Positions 1-15,000 of a stretch of DNA of 64,000 nucleotides are shown here, in pieces. Origin of the DNA: Eledone cirrhosa (taxonomy: Eukaryota); assembly GCA_964016885.1 (NCBI GenBank), contig OZ024740.1, positions 391,964,001 through 392,028,000 on the forward strand. The letters are read 5' to 3'. How positions within the stretch are numbered: position 1 is the stretch's first letter; every line of letters begins with the position of its first letter. The notes beneath the pieces were generated by a model, which saw nothing but the letters and a program-made list of their open reading frames with translations, searched no databases and was not told the DNA's origin. The position numbers were made by a program, and so were the translations under genes.

Positions 1-3000
1 TGATGATGGTGGTGATGGTAGTGGTGCTGATAGTGGTGATGGTAGTGGTGGCGGTAGTGGTGATGATAGTGGTGAAGGTAGTGGTGATGGTAGTGGTGAT
101 GGTAGTGGTGATGGTGGTGGTGATGATAATGGTGATGGTAGTGGTGATGGTAGTGGTGATGGTAGTGGTGATGGTAGTGGTGATGGTAGTGGTGATAGTG
201 GTGATGGTAGTGGTGATGGTAGTGGTGATGGTAGTGGTGATGATGGTGGTGAGGTAGTGGTGATGATAGTGGTGATGGTAGTGGTGGCGGTAGTGGTGAT
301 GATAGTGGTGATGGTAGTGGTGATGGTAGTGGTGATGGTAGTGGTGATGGTAGTGGTGATGGTAGTGGTGATGGTAGTGGTGATGGTAATGGTGATGGTA
401 GTGGTGATGGTAGTGGTGATGGTAGTGGTGATGGTAATGGTGATGGTAGTGGTGATGGTAGTGGTGATGGTAGTGGTGATGGTAGTGGTGATGGTTGTGG
501 TGATGGTAGTGGTGATGGTAATGGTGATGGTAGTGGTGATGGTAGTGGTGATGGTAGTGGTGATGGTAATGGTGATGGTAGTGGTGATGGTAGTGGTGAT
601 GGTAGTGGTGATGGTAGTGGTGATGGTAGTGGTGATGGTAGTGGTGATGGTAGTGGTGATGGTAGTGGTGATGGTAGTGGTGATGGTAATGGTGATGGTA
701 GTGGTGATGGTATTGGTGATGGTAGTGGTGATGATAGTGGTGATGGTAGTTGTGATGGTGGTGGTGATGGTGGTGGTGATGGTAGTGGTGATGATAATGG
801 TGATGGTAGTGGTGATGGTATTGGTGATGGTAGTGGTGATGGTAGTGGTGATGGTAGTGGTGATGGTAGTGGTGATGGTAGTGGTGATGGTAGTGGTGAT
901 GGTGGTGGTGATGATAGTGGTGATGATAGTGGTGATGGTAGTGGTGATGATAGTGGTGATGGTAGTGGTGATGGTATTGGTGATGGTAGTGGTGATGATA
1001 GTGGTGATGGTAGTTGTGATGGTGGTGGTGATGGTGGTGGTGATGGTAGTGGTGATGATAATGGTGATGGTAGTGGTGATGGTATTGGTGATGGTAGTGG
1101 TGATGGTAGTGGTGATGGTAGTGGTGATGGTAGTGGTGATGGTAGTGGTGATGGTAGTGGTGATGATAATGGTGATGGTAGTGGTGATGGTAGTGGTGAT
1201 GGTAGTGGTGATGGTAGTGGTGATGGTAGTGGTGATGGTAGTGGTGATGGTAGTGGTGATGGTAGTGGTGATGGTAGTGGTGATGATAGTGGTGATGGTA
1301 GTGGTGATGATAGTGGTGATGGTAGTGGTGATGGTAGTGGTGATGGTAGTTGTGATGGTAGTGGTGATGGTAGTGGTGATGTTAGTGGTGATGGTAGTTG
1401 TGATGGTAGTGGTGATGGTAGTGGTGATGGTAGTGGTGATGGTAGTGGTGATGGTGGTGGTGATGATAGTGGTGATGATAATGGTGATGGTAGTGGTGAT
1501 GGTAGTGGTGATGGTAGTGGTGATGGTAGTGGTGATTATAGTGATGATGGTAGTGGTGATGATAGTGGTGATGGTAGTGGTGATGGTAGTGGTGATGGTA
1601 GTGGTGATGGTAGAGGTGATGGTAGTGGTGATGGTAGTGGTGATGATAGTGGTGATGGTAGTGGTGATGGTAGTGGTGATGGTGGTGGTGATGGTAGTGG
1701 TGATGGTGGTGGTGATGATAATGGTGAAAGTAGTGGTGATGGTAGTGGTGATGGTAGTGGTGATGATGGTGGTGATGGTAGTGGTGATGATAGTGGTGAT
1801 GGTAGTGGTGGCGGTAGTGGTGATGATAGTGGTGATGGTAGTGGTGATGGTAGTGGTGATGGTAGTGGTGATGGTGGTGGTGATGATAATGGTGATGGTA
1901 GTGGTGATGGTAGTGGTGATGGTAGTGGTGATGGTTGTGGTGATGATGGTGGTGATGGTAGTGGTGATGATAGTGGTGATGGTAGTGGTGATGGTGGTGG
2001 TGATGGTAGTGGTGATGGTAGTGGTGATGATAATGGTGATGGTAGTGGTGATGATGGTGGTGATGGTAGTGGTGATGGTAGTGGTGATGGTTGTGGTGAT
2101 GATGGTGGTGATGATAGTGGTGATGGTAGTGGTGATGGTTGTGGTGATGGTAGTGGTGATGGTAGTGGTGATGGTAGTGGTGATGGTAGTGGTGATGATG
2201 GTGGTGATGGTAGTGGTGATGGTAGTGTTGATGATAGTGGTGATGGTAGTGGTGATGGTAGTGGTGATGGTAGTGGTGATGGTAGTGGTGATGGTAGTGG
2301 TGATGGTAGTGGTGATGATGGTGGTGATGGTAGTGGTGATGATAGTGGTGATGGTAGTGGTGGCGGTAGTGGTGATGATAGTGGTGATGGTAGTGGTGAT
2401 GGTAGTGGTGATGGTAGTAGTGATGGTGGTGGTGATGATAATGGTGATGGTAGTGGTGATGGTAGTGGTGATGGTAGTGGTGATGGTATTGTTGATGGTA
2501 GTGGTGATGATAGTGGTGATGGTAGTGGTGATGGTAGTGGTGATGATGGTGGTGATGGTAGTGGTGATGATAGTGGTGATGGTAGTGGTGGCGGTAGTGG
2601 TGATGATAGTGGTGATGGTAGTGGTGATGGTAGTGGTGATGGTAGTGATGATGGTGGTGGTGATGATAATGGTGATGGTAGTGGTGATGGTAGTGGTGAT
2701 GGTATTGGTGATGGTAGTGGTGATGGTAGTGGTGATGGTGGTGGTGATGGTAGTGGTGATGGTAGTGGTGATGGTAGTGGTGATGGTAGTGGTGATGATA
2801 GTGGTGATGATAGTGGTGATGGTAGTGGTGATGGTAGTGGTGATGATAATGGTGATGGTAGTGGTGATGATAGTGGTGATGGTAGTGGTGATGATAGTGG
2901 TGATGGTAGTGGTGATGATAGTGGTGATGGTAGTGGTGATGGTATTGGTGATGGTAGTGGTGATGGTAGTGGTGATGGTAGTGGTGATGGTAGTGGTGAT

Positions 3001-6000
3001 GATAGTGGTGATGATGGTGGTGATGATAGTGGTGATGGTAGTTGTGATGGTAGTGGTGATGGTAGTGGTGATGATAGTGGTGATGATAGTGGTGATGGTA
3101 GTGGTGATGGTAGTGCTGATGGTATTGGTGATGGTAGTGGTGATGATAGTGGTGATGGTAGTGGTGATGATAGTGGTGATGGTAGTGGTGATGATAGTGG
3201 TGATGGTAGTGGTGATGGTAGTGGTGATGGTAGTGGTGATGATAGTGGTGATGGTAGTGGTGATGGTAGTGGTGATGGTAGTGGTGATGATAGTGGTGAT
3301 GATAGTGGTGATGGTAGTGGTGATGGTAGTGGTGATGATAATGGTGATGGTAGTGGTGATGATAGTGGTGATGGTAGTGGTGATGGTAGTGGTGATGGTA
3401 GTGGTGATGGTAGTGGTGATGATAGTGGTGATGGTAGTGGTGATGATAGTGGTGATGGTAGTGGTGATGGTAGTGGTGATGGTAGTTGTGATGGTAGTGG
3501 TGATGGTAGTGGTGATGGTAGTGGTGATGGTAGTGGTGATGGTAGTGGTGATGGTAGTGGTGATGGTAGTGGTGATGGTAGTGGTGATGGTAGTGGTGAT
3601 GGTAGTGGTGATGATAGTGGTGATGGTAGTGGTGATGATAGTGGTGATGGTAGTGGTGATGGTAGTGGTGATGGTAGTTGTGATGGTAGTGGTGATGGTA
3701 GTGGTGATGGTAGTGGTGATGGTAGTGGTGATGGTAGTGGTGATGGATAGTGGTGATGATGGTGGTGATGATAGTGGTGATGGTAGTTGTGATGGTAGTG
3801 GTGATGGTAGTGGTGATGATAGTGGTGATGATAGTGGTGATGTTAGTGGTGATGGTGGTGATGATGGTAGTGGTGATGATAGTGGTGATGGTAGTGGTGA
3901 TGGTAGTGGTGATGGTAGTGGTGATGATAGTGGTGATGGTAGTGGTGATGGTAGTGGTGATGATAGTGGTGATGGTGGTGGTGATGGTAGTGGTGATGGT
4001 GGTGGTGATGGTAGTGGTGATGGTGGTGGTGATGGTAGTGGTGATGGTAGTGGTGATGGTAGTGGTCATGATAGTGGTGATGGTGGTGGTGATGGTAGTG
4101 GTGATAGTAGTGGTGATGATAGTGGTGATGGTGGTGGTGATGATAGTGGTGATGGTAGTGGTGATGGTAGTGGTGATGATGGTGGTGATGATAGTGGTGA
4201 TGGTAGTGGTGATGGTAGTGGTGATGGTAGTGGTGATGGTAGTGGTGATGGTAGTGGTGATGGTAGTGGTGATGGTAGTGGTGATGGTAGTGGTGATGAT
4301 AGTGGTGATGATAGTGGTGATGGTAGTGGTGATGGTAGTGGTGATGGTAGTGGTGATGGTGGTGGTGATGGTAGTGGTGATGGTGGTGGTGATGGTAGTG
4401 GTGATAGTAGTGGTGATGATAGTGGTGATGGTAGTGGTGATGATAGTGGTGATGGTAGTGGTGATGGTAGTGGTGATGATAGTGGTGATGGTGGTGGTGA
4501 TGATAGTGGTGATGATAGTGGTGATGGTAGTGGTGATGGTAGTGGTGATGGTAGTGGTGATGGTAGTGGTGATGGTAGTGGTGATGGTAGTGGTGATGGT
4601 AGTGGTGATGGTAGTGGTGATGGTAGTGGTGATGATAGTGGTGATGGTAGTGGTGATGATAGTGGTGATGGTAGTGGTGATGGTAGTGGTGATGGTAGTT
4701 GTGATGGTAGTGGTGATGGTAGTGGTGATGGTAGTGGTGATGGTAGTGGTGTTGGTAGTGGTGATGATAGTGGTGATGATGGTGGTGATGATAGTGGTGA
4801 TGGTAGTTGTGATGGTAGTGGTGATGGTAGTGGTGATGATAGTGGTGATGATAGTGGTGATGTTAGTGGTGATGGTGGTGATGATGGTAGTGGTGATGGT
4901 AGTGGTGATGATAGTGGTGATGGTAGTGGTGATGGTAGTGGTGATGATAGTGGTGATGGTGGTGGTGATGGTAGTGGTGATGGTGGTGGTGATGGTAGTG
5001 GTGATGGTGGTGGTGATGGTAGTGGTGATGGTAGTGGTGATGGTAGTGGTCATGATAGTGGTGATGGTAGTGGTGATGGTAGTGGTCATGATAGTGGTGA
5101 TGGTGGTGGTGATGGTAGTGGTGATAGTAGTGGTGATGATAGTGGTGATGGTGGTGGTGATGATAGTGGTGATGGTAGTGGTGATGGTAGTGGTGATGAT
5201 GGTGGTGATGATAGTGGTGATGGTAGTGGTGATGGTAGTGGTGATGGTAGTGGTGATGGTAGTGGTGATGGTAGTGGTGATGGTAGTGGTGATGGTAGTG
5301 GTGATGATAGTGGTGATGATAGTGGTGATGGTAGTGGTGATGGTAGTGGTGATGATAGTGGTGATGGTAGTGGTGATGATAGTGGTGATGGTGGTGGTAA
5401 TGGTAGTGGTGATAGTAGTGGTGATGGTAGTGGTGATGATGGTGGTGATGGTAGTGGTGATGGTAGTGGTGATGATAGTGGTGATGTTGGTGGTGATGGT
5501 AGTGGTGATGGTAGTGGTGATGATGGTGGTGATGGTAGTGGTGATGGTAGTGGTGATGGTAGTGGTGATGATGGTGGTGATGGTAGTGGTGATGATAGTG
5601 GTGATGATAGTGGTGATGGTAGTGGTGATGGTAGTGGTGATGATAGTGGTGATGGTAGTGGTGATGGTAGTGGTGATGGTAGTGGTGATGGTAGTGGTGA
5701 TGATGGTGGTGATGGTAGTGGTGATGGTAGTGTTGATGATAGTGGTGATGGTAGTGGTGATGGTAGTGGTGATGGTAGTGGTGATGGTAGTGGTGATGGT
5801 AGTGGTGATGGTAGTGGTGATGATGGTGGTGACGGTAGTGGTGATGATAGTGGTGATGATAGTGGTGATGGTAGTGTTGATGATAGTGGTGATGGTAGTG
5901 GTGATGGTAGTGGTGATGGTAGTGGTGATGGTAGTGGTGATGGTAATGGTGATGGAAGTGGTGATGATAGTGGTGATGGTAGTGGTGATGGTAGTGGTGA

Positions 6001-9000
6001 TGGTAGTGGTGATGGTAGTGGTGATGATGGTGGTGATGGTAGTGGTGATGATAGTGGTGATGATAGTGGTGATGATAGTGTTGATGATAGTGGTGTTGGT
6101 AGTGGTGATGGTAGTGGTGATGGTAGTGGTGATGGTAGTGGTGATGGTAGTGGTGATGATAGTGGTGATGGTAGTGGTGATGGTGGTGGTGATGGTAGTG
6201 GTGATGGTAGTGGTGATGGTAGTGGTGATGGTAGTGGTGATGGTAGTGGTGATGATAGTGGTGATGGTAGTGGTGATGGTAGTGGTGATGGTAGTGGTGA
6301 TGGTAGTGGTGATGGTAGTGGTGATGGTGGTGGTGATGATAGTGGTGATAATAGTGGTGATGGTAGTGGTGATGATGGTGGTGATGGTAGTGGTGATGGT
6401 ATTGGTGATGGTAGTGGTGATGGTAGTGGTGATGGTAGTGGTGATGGTAGTGGTGATGATAGTGGTGATGGTAGTGGTGATGGTAGTGGTGATGGTAGTG
6501 GTGATGGTAGTGGTGATGGTAGTGGTGATGGTAGTGGTGATGGTAGTGGTGATGATAGTGGTGATGGTAGTGGTGATGGTGGTGGTGATGGTAGTGGTGA
6601 TGGTAGTGGTGATGGTAGTGGTGATGGTAGTGGTGATGGTAGTGGTGATGATAGTGGTGATGGTAGTGGTGATGGTAGTGGTGATGGTAGTGGTGATGGT
6701 AGTGGTGATGATAGTGGTGATGATGGTGGTGATGATAGTGGTGATGGTAGTTGTGATGGTAGTGGTGATGGTAGTGGTGATGATAGTGGTGATGATAGTG
6801 GTGATGGTAGTGGTGATGGTGGTGATGATGGTAGTGGTGATGGTAGTGGTGATGATAGTGGTGATGGTAGTGGTGATGGTAGTGGTGATGCTGGTGGTGA
6901 TGGTAGTGGTGATGGTGGTGGTGATGGTAGTGGTGATGGTGGTGGTGATGGTAGTGGTGATAGTAGTGGTGATGATAGTGGTGATGGTAGTGGTGATGAT
7001 AGTGGTGATGGTAGTGGTGATGGTAGTGGTGATGATAGTGGTGATGGTGGTGGTGATGATAGTGGTGATGGTAGTGGTGATGGTAGTGGTGATGGTAGTG
7101 GTGATGATAGTGGTGATGGTGGTGGTGATGGTAGTGGTGATAGTAGTGGTGATGATAGTGGTGATGGTAGTGGTGATGATAGTGGTGATGGTAGTGGTGG
7201 TGGTAGTGGTGATGATAATGGTGATGATGGTGGTGATGGTAGTGGTGATGGTAGTGGTGATGATAGTGGTGATGGTGGTGGTGATGATAGTGGAGATGGT
7301 AGTGGTGATGGTAGTGGTGATGATAGTGGTGATGGTAGTGGTGATGGTAGTGGTGATGATAGTGGTGATGGTAGTGGTGATGGTAGTGGTGATGGTAGTG
7401 GTGATGATAGTGGTGATGTTGGTGGTGATGGTGGTGGTGATGGTAGTGGTGATGATGGTGGTGATGGTAGTGGTGATGATAGTGTTGATGATAGTGGTGA
7501 TGGTAGTGTTGATGATAGTGGTGATGGTAGTGGTGATGGTAGTGGTGATGGTAGTGGTGATGGTAGTGGTGATGGTAGTGGTGATGGTAGTGGTGATGAT
7601 AGTGGTGATGTTGGTGGTGATGGTAGTGGTGATGGTAGTGGTGATGGTAGTGGTGATGATAGTGGTGATGATAGTGGTGATGGTAGTGGTGATGGTAGTG
7701 GTGATGATAGTGGTGATGGTAGTGGTGATGATAGTGGTGATCGTGGTGGTGATGGTAGTGGTGATGGTAGTGGTGATGGTAGTGGTGATGATAGTGGTGA
7801 TGGTGGTGGTGATGGTAGTGGTGATGGTGGTGGTGATGGTAGTGGTGATGATAGTGGTGATGGTAGTGGTGATGGTAGTGGTGATGATAGTGGTGATGGT
7901 AGTGGTGATGATAGTGGTGATCGTGGTGGTGATGGTAGTGGTGATGGTAGTGGTGATGGTAGTGGTGATGATAGTGGTGATGGTGGTGGTGATGGTAGTG
8001 GTGATGGTAGTGGTGATGATAAAGGTGATGGTAGTGGTGATGATAGTGGTGATGGTGGTGGTGATGGTAGTGGTGATGGTAGTGGTGATGGTAGTGGTGA
8101 TGATAGTGGTGATGATAGTGGTGATGGTAGTGGTGATGGTAGTGGTGATGATAGTGGTGATGATAGTGGTGATGGTAGTGGTGATGGTAGTGGTGATGAT
8201 AGTGGTGATGGTAGTGGTGATGATAGTGGTGATCGTGGTGGTGATGGTAGTGGTGATGGTAGTGGTGATGGTAGTGGTGATGATAGTGGTGATGGTGGTG
8301 GTGATGGTAGTGGTGATGGTAGTGGTGATGATAAAGGTGATGGTAGTGGTGATGATAGTGGTGATGGTGGTGGTGATGGTAGTGGTGATGGTAGTGGTGA
8401 TGGTAGTGGTGATGATAGTGGTGATGATAGTGGTGATGGTAGTGGTGATGGTAGTGGTGATTATAGTGGTGATGGTAGTGGTGATGGTAGTGGTGATGGT
8501 AGTGGTGATGATAGTGGTGATGTTGGTGGTGATGGTGGTGGTGATGGTAGTGGTGATGATGGTGGTGATGGTAGTGGTGATGATAGTGTTGATGATAGTG
8601 GTGATGGTAGTGTTGATGATAGTGGTGATGGTAGTGGTGATGGTAGTGGTGATGGCAGTGGTGATGGTAGTGGTGATGGTAGTGGTGATGGTAGTGGTGA
8701 TGATAGTGGTGATGTTGGTGGTGATGGTAGTGGTGATGGTAGTGGTGATGGTAGTGGTGATGGTAGTGGTGATGGTAGTGGTGATGGTAGTGGTGATGAT
8801 AGTGGTGATGGTAGTGGTGATGGTAGTGGTGATGGTAGTGGTGATGGTAGTGGTGATGATGGTGGTGATGGTAGTGGTGATGATAGTGGTGATGATAGTG
8901 GTGATGGTAGTGTTGATGATAGTGGTGATGGTAGTGGTGATGGTAGTGGTGATGATAGTGGTGATGGTAGTGGTGATGGTAGTGGTGATGATGGTGGTGA

Positions 9001-12000
9001 TGATAGTGGTGATGATGGTGGTGATGGTAGTGGTGATGGTAGTGGTGATGGTAGTGGTGATGGTAGTGGTGATGGCAGTGGTGATGGTAGTGGTGATGGT
9101 AGTGGTGATGGTAGTGGTGATGATAGTGGTGATGTTGGTGGTGATGGTAGTGGTGATGGTAGTGGTGATGATGGTGGTGATGGTAGTGGTGATGATAGTG
9201 TTGATGATAGTGGTGATGGTAGTGTTGATGATAGTGGTGATGGTAGTGGTGATGGTAGTGGTGATGGCAGTGGTGATGGTAGTGGTGATGGTAGTGGTGA
9301 TGGTAGTGGTGATGATAGTGGTGATGTTGGTGGTGATGGTGGTGGTGATGGTAGTGGTGATGATGGTGGTGATGGTAGTGGTGATGATAGTGTTGATGAT
9401 AGTGGTGATGGTAGTGTTGATGGTAGTGGTGATGGTAGTGGTGATGGTAGTGGTGATGGTAGTGGTGATGGTAGTGGTGATGGTAGTGGTGATGATGGTG
9501 GTGATGGTAGTGGTGATGATAGTGGTGATGATAGTGGTGATGGTAGTGTTGATGATAGTGGTGATGGTAGTGGTGATGGTAGTGGTGATGATAGTGGTGA
9601 TGGTAGTGGTGATGGTAGTGGTGATGATGGTGGTGATGGTAGTGGTGATGATAGTGGTGATGATAGTGGTGATGGTAGTGTTGATGATAGTGGTGATGGT
9701 AGTGGTGATGGTAGTGGTGATGGTAGTGGTGATGGTAGTGGTGATGGTAGTGGTGATGGTAGTGGTGATGATAGTGGTGATGGTAGTGGTGATGGTAGTG
9801 GTGATGGTAGTGGTGATGATAGTGGTGATGGTAGTGGTGATGGTAGTGGTAGTGGTGATGGTAGTGGTGATGGTAGTGGTGATGGTAGTGGTGATGGTAG
9901 TTGTGATGGTAGTGGTGATGGTAGTGGTGATGGTAGTGGTGATAGTGGTGGTGATGGTAGTGGTGATGATAGTGGTGATGGTAGTGGTGATAGTGGTGGT
10001 GATGGTAGTGGTGATTGTAGTGGTGATGATACTGGTGATGATAGTGGTGATGGTAGTGGTGATGGTGGTGATGATGGTAATGGTGATGGTAGTGGTGATG
10101 ATAGTGGTGATGGTAGTGGTGATGGTGGTGGTGATGGTAGTGGTGATGGTGGTGGTGATGGTAGTGGTGATGGTGGTGGTGATGGTAGTGGTGATGGTAG
10201 TGGTGATGGTAGTGGTGATGGTAGTGGTGATGATGGTGGTGATGGTAGTGGTGATGATAGTGGTGATGGTAGTGTTGATGGTAGTGGTGATGGTAGTGGT
10301 GATGATGGTGGTGATGGTAGTGGTGATGATAGTGGTGATGGTAGTGGTGATGATAGTGGTGATGATAGTGGTGATGGTAGTGTTGATGATAGTGGTGATG
10401 GTAGTGGTGATGGTAGTGGTGATGGTAGTGGTGATGGTAGTGGTGATGGTAGTGGTGATGATAGTGGTGATGGTAGTGGTGATGATGGTGGTGATGGTAG
10501 TGGTGATGGTATTGGTGATGGTAGTGGTGATGGTAGTGGTGATGGTAGTGGTGATGGTAGTGGTGATGATAGTGGTGATGGTAGTGGTGATGGTAGTGGT
10601 GATGGTAGTGGTGATGGTAGTGGTGATGGTAGTGGTGATGGTAGTGGTGATGGTAGTGGTGATGATAGTGGTGATGGTAGTGGTGATGGTGGTGGTGATG
10701 GTAGTGGTGATGGTAGTGGTGATGGTAGTGGTGATGGTAGTGGTGATGGTAGTGGTGATGATAGTGGTGATGGTAGTGGTGATGGTAGTGGTGATGGTAG
10801 TGGTGATGGTAGTGGTGATGATAGTGGTGATGATGGTGGTGATGATAGTGGTGATGGTAGTTGTGATGGTAGTGGTGATGGTAGTGGTGATGATAGTGGT
10901 GATGATAGTGGTGATGGTAGTGGTGATGGTGGTGATGATGGTAGTGGTGATGGTAGTGGTGATGATAGTGGTGATGGTAGTGGTGATGGTAGTGGTGATG
11001 CTGGTGGTGATGGTAGTGGTGATGGTGGTGGTGATGGTAGTGGTGATGGTGGTGGTGATGGTAGTGGTGATAGTAGTGGTGATGATAGTGGTGATGGTAG
11101 TGGTGATGATAGTGGTGATGGTAGTGGTGATGGTAGTGGTGATGATAGTGGTGATGGTGGTGGTGATGATAGTGGTGATGGTAGTGGTGATGGTAGTGGT
11201 GATGGTAGTGGTGATGATAGTGGTGATGGTGGTGGTGATGGTAGTGGTGATAGTAGTGGTGATGATAGTGGTGATGGTAGTGGTGATGATAGTGGTGATG
11301 GTAGTGGTGGTGGTAGTGGTGATGATAATGGTGATGATGGTGGTGATGGTAGTGGTGATGGTAGTGGTGATGATAATGGTGATGGTGGTGGTGATGATAG
11401 TGGAGATGGTAGTGGTGATGGTAGTGGTGATGATAGTGGTGATGGTAGTGGTGATGGTAGTGGTGATGATAGTGGTGATGGTAGTGGTGATGGTAGTGGT
11501 GATGGTAGTGGTGATGATAGTGGTGATGTTGGTGGTGATGGTGGTGGTGATGGTAGTGGTGATGATGGTGGTGATGGTAGTGGTGATGATAGTGTTGATG
11601 ATAGTGGTGATGGTAGTGTTGATGATAGTGGTGATGGTAGTGGTGATGGTAGTGGTGATGGTAGTGGTGATGGTAGTGGTGATGGTAGTGGTGATGGTAG
11701 TGGTGATGATAGTGGTGATGTTGGTGGTGATGGTAGTGGTGATGGTAGTGGTGATGGTAGTGGTGATGATAGTGGTGATGATAGTGGTGATGGTAGTGGT
11801 GATGGTAGTGGTGATGATAGTGGTGATGGTAGTGGTGATGATAGTGGTGATCGTGGTGGTGATGGTAGTGGTGATGGTAGTGGTGATGGTAGTGGTGATG
11901 ATAGTGGTGATGGTGGTGGTGATGGTAGTGGTGATGGTGGTGGTGATGGTAGTGGTGATGATAGTGGTGATGGTAGTGGTGATGGTAGTGGTGATGATAG

Positions 12001-15000
12001 TGGTGATGGTAGTGGTGATGATAGTGGTGATCGTGGTGGTGATGGTAGTGGTGATGGTAGTGGTGATGGTAGTGGTGATGATAGTGGTGATGGTGGTGGT
12101 GATGGTAGTGGTGATGGTAGTGGTGATGATAAAGGTGATGGTAGTGGTGATGATAGTGGTGATGGTGGTGGTGATGGTAGTGGTGATGGTAGTGGTGATG
12201 GTAGTGGTGATGATAGTGGTGATGATAGTGGTGATGGTAGTGGTGATGGTAGTGGTGATGATAGTGGTGATGGTAGTGGTGATGATAGTGGTGATGGTAG
12301 TGGTGATGATAGTGGTGATGTTGGTGGTGATGGTGGTGGTGATGGTAGTGGTGATGATGGTGGTGATGGTAGTGGTGATGATAGTGTTGATGATAGTGGT
12401 GATGGTAGTGTTGATGATAGTGGTGATGGTAGTGGTGATGGTAGTGGTGATGGCAGTGGTGATGGTAGTGGTGATGGTAGTGGTGATGGTAGTGGTGATG
12501 ATAGTGGTGATGTTGGTGGTGATGGTAGTGGTGATGGTAGTGGTGATGGTAGTGGTGATGGTAGTGGTGATGGTAGTGGTGATGGTAGTGGTGATGATAG
12601 TGGTGATGGTAGTGGTGATGGTAGTGGTGATGGTAGTGGTGATGGTAGTGGTGATGATGGTGGTGATGGTAGTGGTGATGATAGTGGTGATGATAGTGGT
12701 GATGGTAGTGTTGATGATAGTGGTGATGGTAGTGGTGATGGTAGTGGTGATGATAGTGGTGATGGTAGTGGTGATGGTAGTGGTGATGATGGTGGTGATG
12801 ATAGTGGTGATGATGGTGGTGATGGTAGTGGTGATGGTAGTGGTGATGGTAGTGGTGATGGTAGTGGTGATGGTAGTGGTGATGATAGGGGTGATGGTGG
12901 TGGTGATGGTAGTGGTGATGGTGGTGGTGATGGTAGTGGTGATGGTAGTGGTGATGGTGGTGGTGATGATAGTGGTGATGGTGGTGGTGATGGTAGTGGT
13001 GATGGTGTTGGTGATGGTAGTGGGGATGATAGTGGTGATGGTAGTGGTGATGGTAGTGGTGATGGTAGTGGTGATGGTAGTGGTGATGGTAGTGGTGATG
13101 ATGGTGGTGATGATAGTGGTGATGATGGTGGTGATGGTAGTGGTGATGGTAGTGGTGATGGTAGTGGTGATGATAGTGGTGATGGTAGTGGTGATGGTAG
13201 TGGTGATGGTAGTGGTGATGGTAGTGGTGATGGTAGTGATTATGATAGTGGTGATGGTAGTGGTGATGGTAGTGGTGATGGTAGTGGTGATGGTAGTGGT
13301 GATGGTAGTGGTGATGGTAGTGGTGATGGTAGTGGTGATGGTAGTGTTGATGGTAGTGGTGATGATGGTGGTGATGATGGTGGTGATGGTAGTGGTGATG
13401 ATAATGGTGATGGTAGTGGTGATGGTAGTGGTGATTGTAGTGGTGATGGTAGTGGTGATGGTAGTGATCATGATAGTGGTGATGGTAGTGGTGATGGTAG
13501 TGGTGATGGTAGTGGTGATGGTAGTGGTGATGGTAGTGGTCATGATAGTGGTGATGATAATGGTGATGGTAGTGGTGATGGTAGTGGTGATGGTAGTGGT
13601 GATAGTAGTGGTGATGGTAGTGGTGATGGTAGTGGTGATGATGGTGGTGATGGTAGTGGTGATGGTAGTGGTGATGATAGTGGTGATCATAGTGGTGATG
13701 GTAGTGGTGATGGTAGTGGTGATGGTAGTGGTGATGATGGTGGTGATGATAGTGGTGATGATGGTGGTGATGGTAGTGGTGATGGTAGTGGTGATGATAG
13801 TGGTGATGATAATGGTGATGGTAGTGGTGATGGTAGTGGTGATGGTAGTGGTGATGGTAGTGTTGATGGTAGTGGTGATGGTGGTGGTGATGGTAGTGGT
13901 GATGGTAGTGGTGATGGTAGTGGTGATGGTAGTGGTGATGATGGTGGTGATGATGGTGGTGATGGTAATGGTGATGGTGGTGGTGATAGTAGTGGTGATG
14001 GCAGTGGTGATGGTAGTGGTGATGGAAGTGGTGATGGTAGTGGTGATGGTAGTGTTGATGGTAGTGGTGATGGTAGTGGTGATGATAGTGGTGATGGTAG
14101 TGGTGATGGTAGTGGTGATGATAGTGGTGATGGTAGTGGTGATGGTAGTGGTGATGGTAGTGGTGATGGTAGTGGTGATGGTAGTGGTGATGGTAGTGGT
14201 GATGATAGTGGTGATGATAGTGTTGATGATAGTGGTGATGGTAGTGTTGATGATAGTGGTGATGGTAGTGGTGATGGTAGTGGTGATGGTAGTGGTGATG
14301 GTAGTGGTGATGGTAGTGGTGATGGTAGTGGTGATGATAGTGGTGATGTTGGTGGTGATGGTAGTGGTGATGGTAGTGGTGATGGTAGTGGTGATGGTAG
14401 TGGTGATGGTAGAGGTGATGGTAGTGGTGATGATAGTGGTGATGGTAGTGGTGATGGTAGTGGTGATGGTAGTGGTGATGGTAGTGGTGATGGTAGTGGT
14501 GATGGTAGTGGTGATGATAGTGGTGATGGTAGTGGTGATGGTAGTGGTGATGGTAGTGGTGATGGTAGTGGTGATGATGGTGGTGATGGTAGTGGTGATG
14601 ATAGTGGTGATGATAGTGGTGATGGTAGTGTTGATGATAGTGGTGATGGTAGTGGTGATGGTAGTGGTGATGGTAGTGGTGATGGTAGTGGTGATGGTAG
14701 TGGTGATGGTAGTGGTGATGATAGTGGTGATGGTAGTGGTGATGGTAGTGGTGATGGTAGTGGTGATGATAGTGGTGATGGTAGTGGTGATGGTAGTGGT
14801 AGTGGTGATGGTAGTGGTGATGGTAGTGGTGATGGTAGTGGTGATGGTAGTTGTGATGGTAGTGGTGATGGTAGTGGTGATGGTAGTGGTGATAGTGGTG
14901 GTGATGGTAGTGGTGATGATAGTGGTGATGGTAGTGGTGATAGTGGTGGTGATGGTAGTGGTGATGATAGTGGTGATGGTGGTGGTGATGGTAGTGGTGA

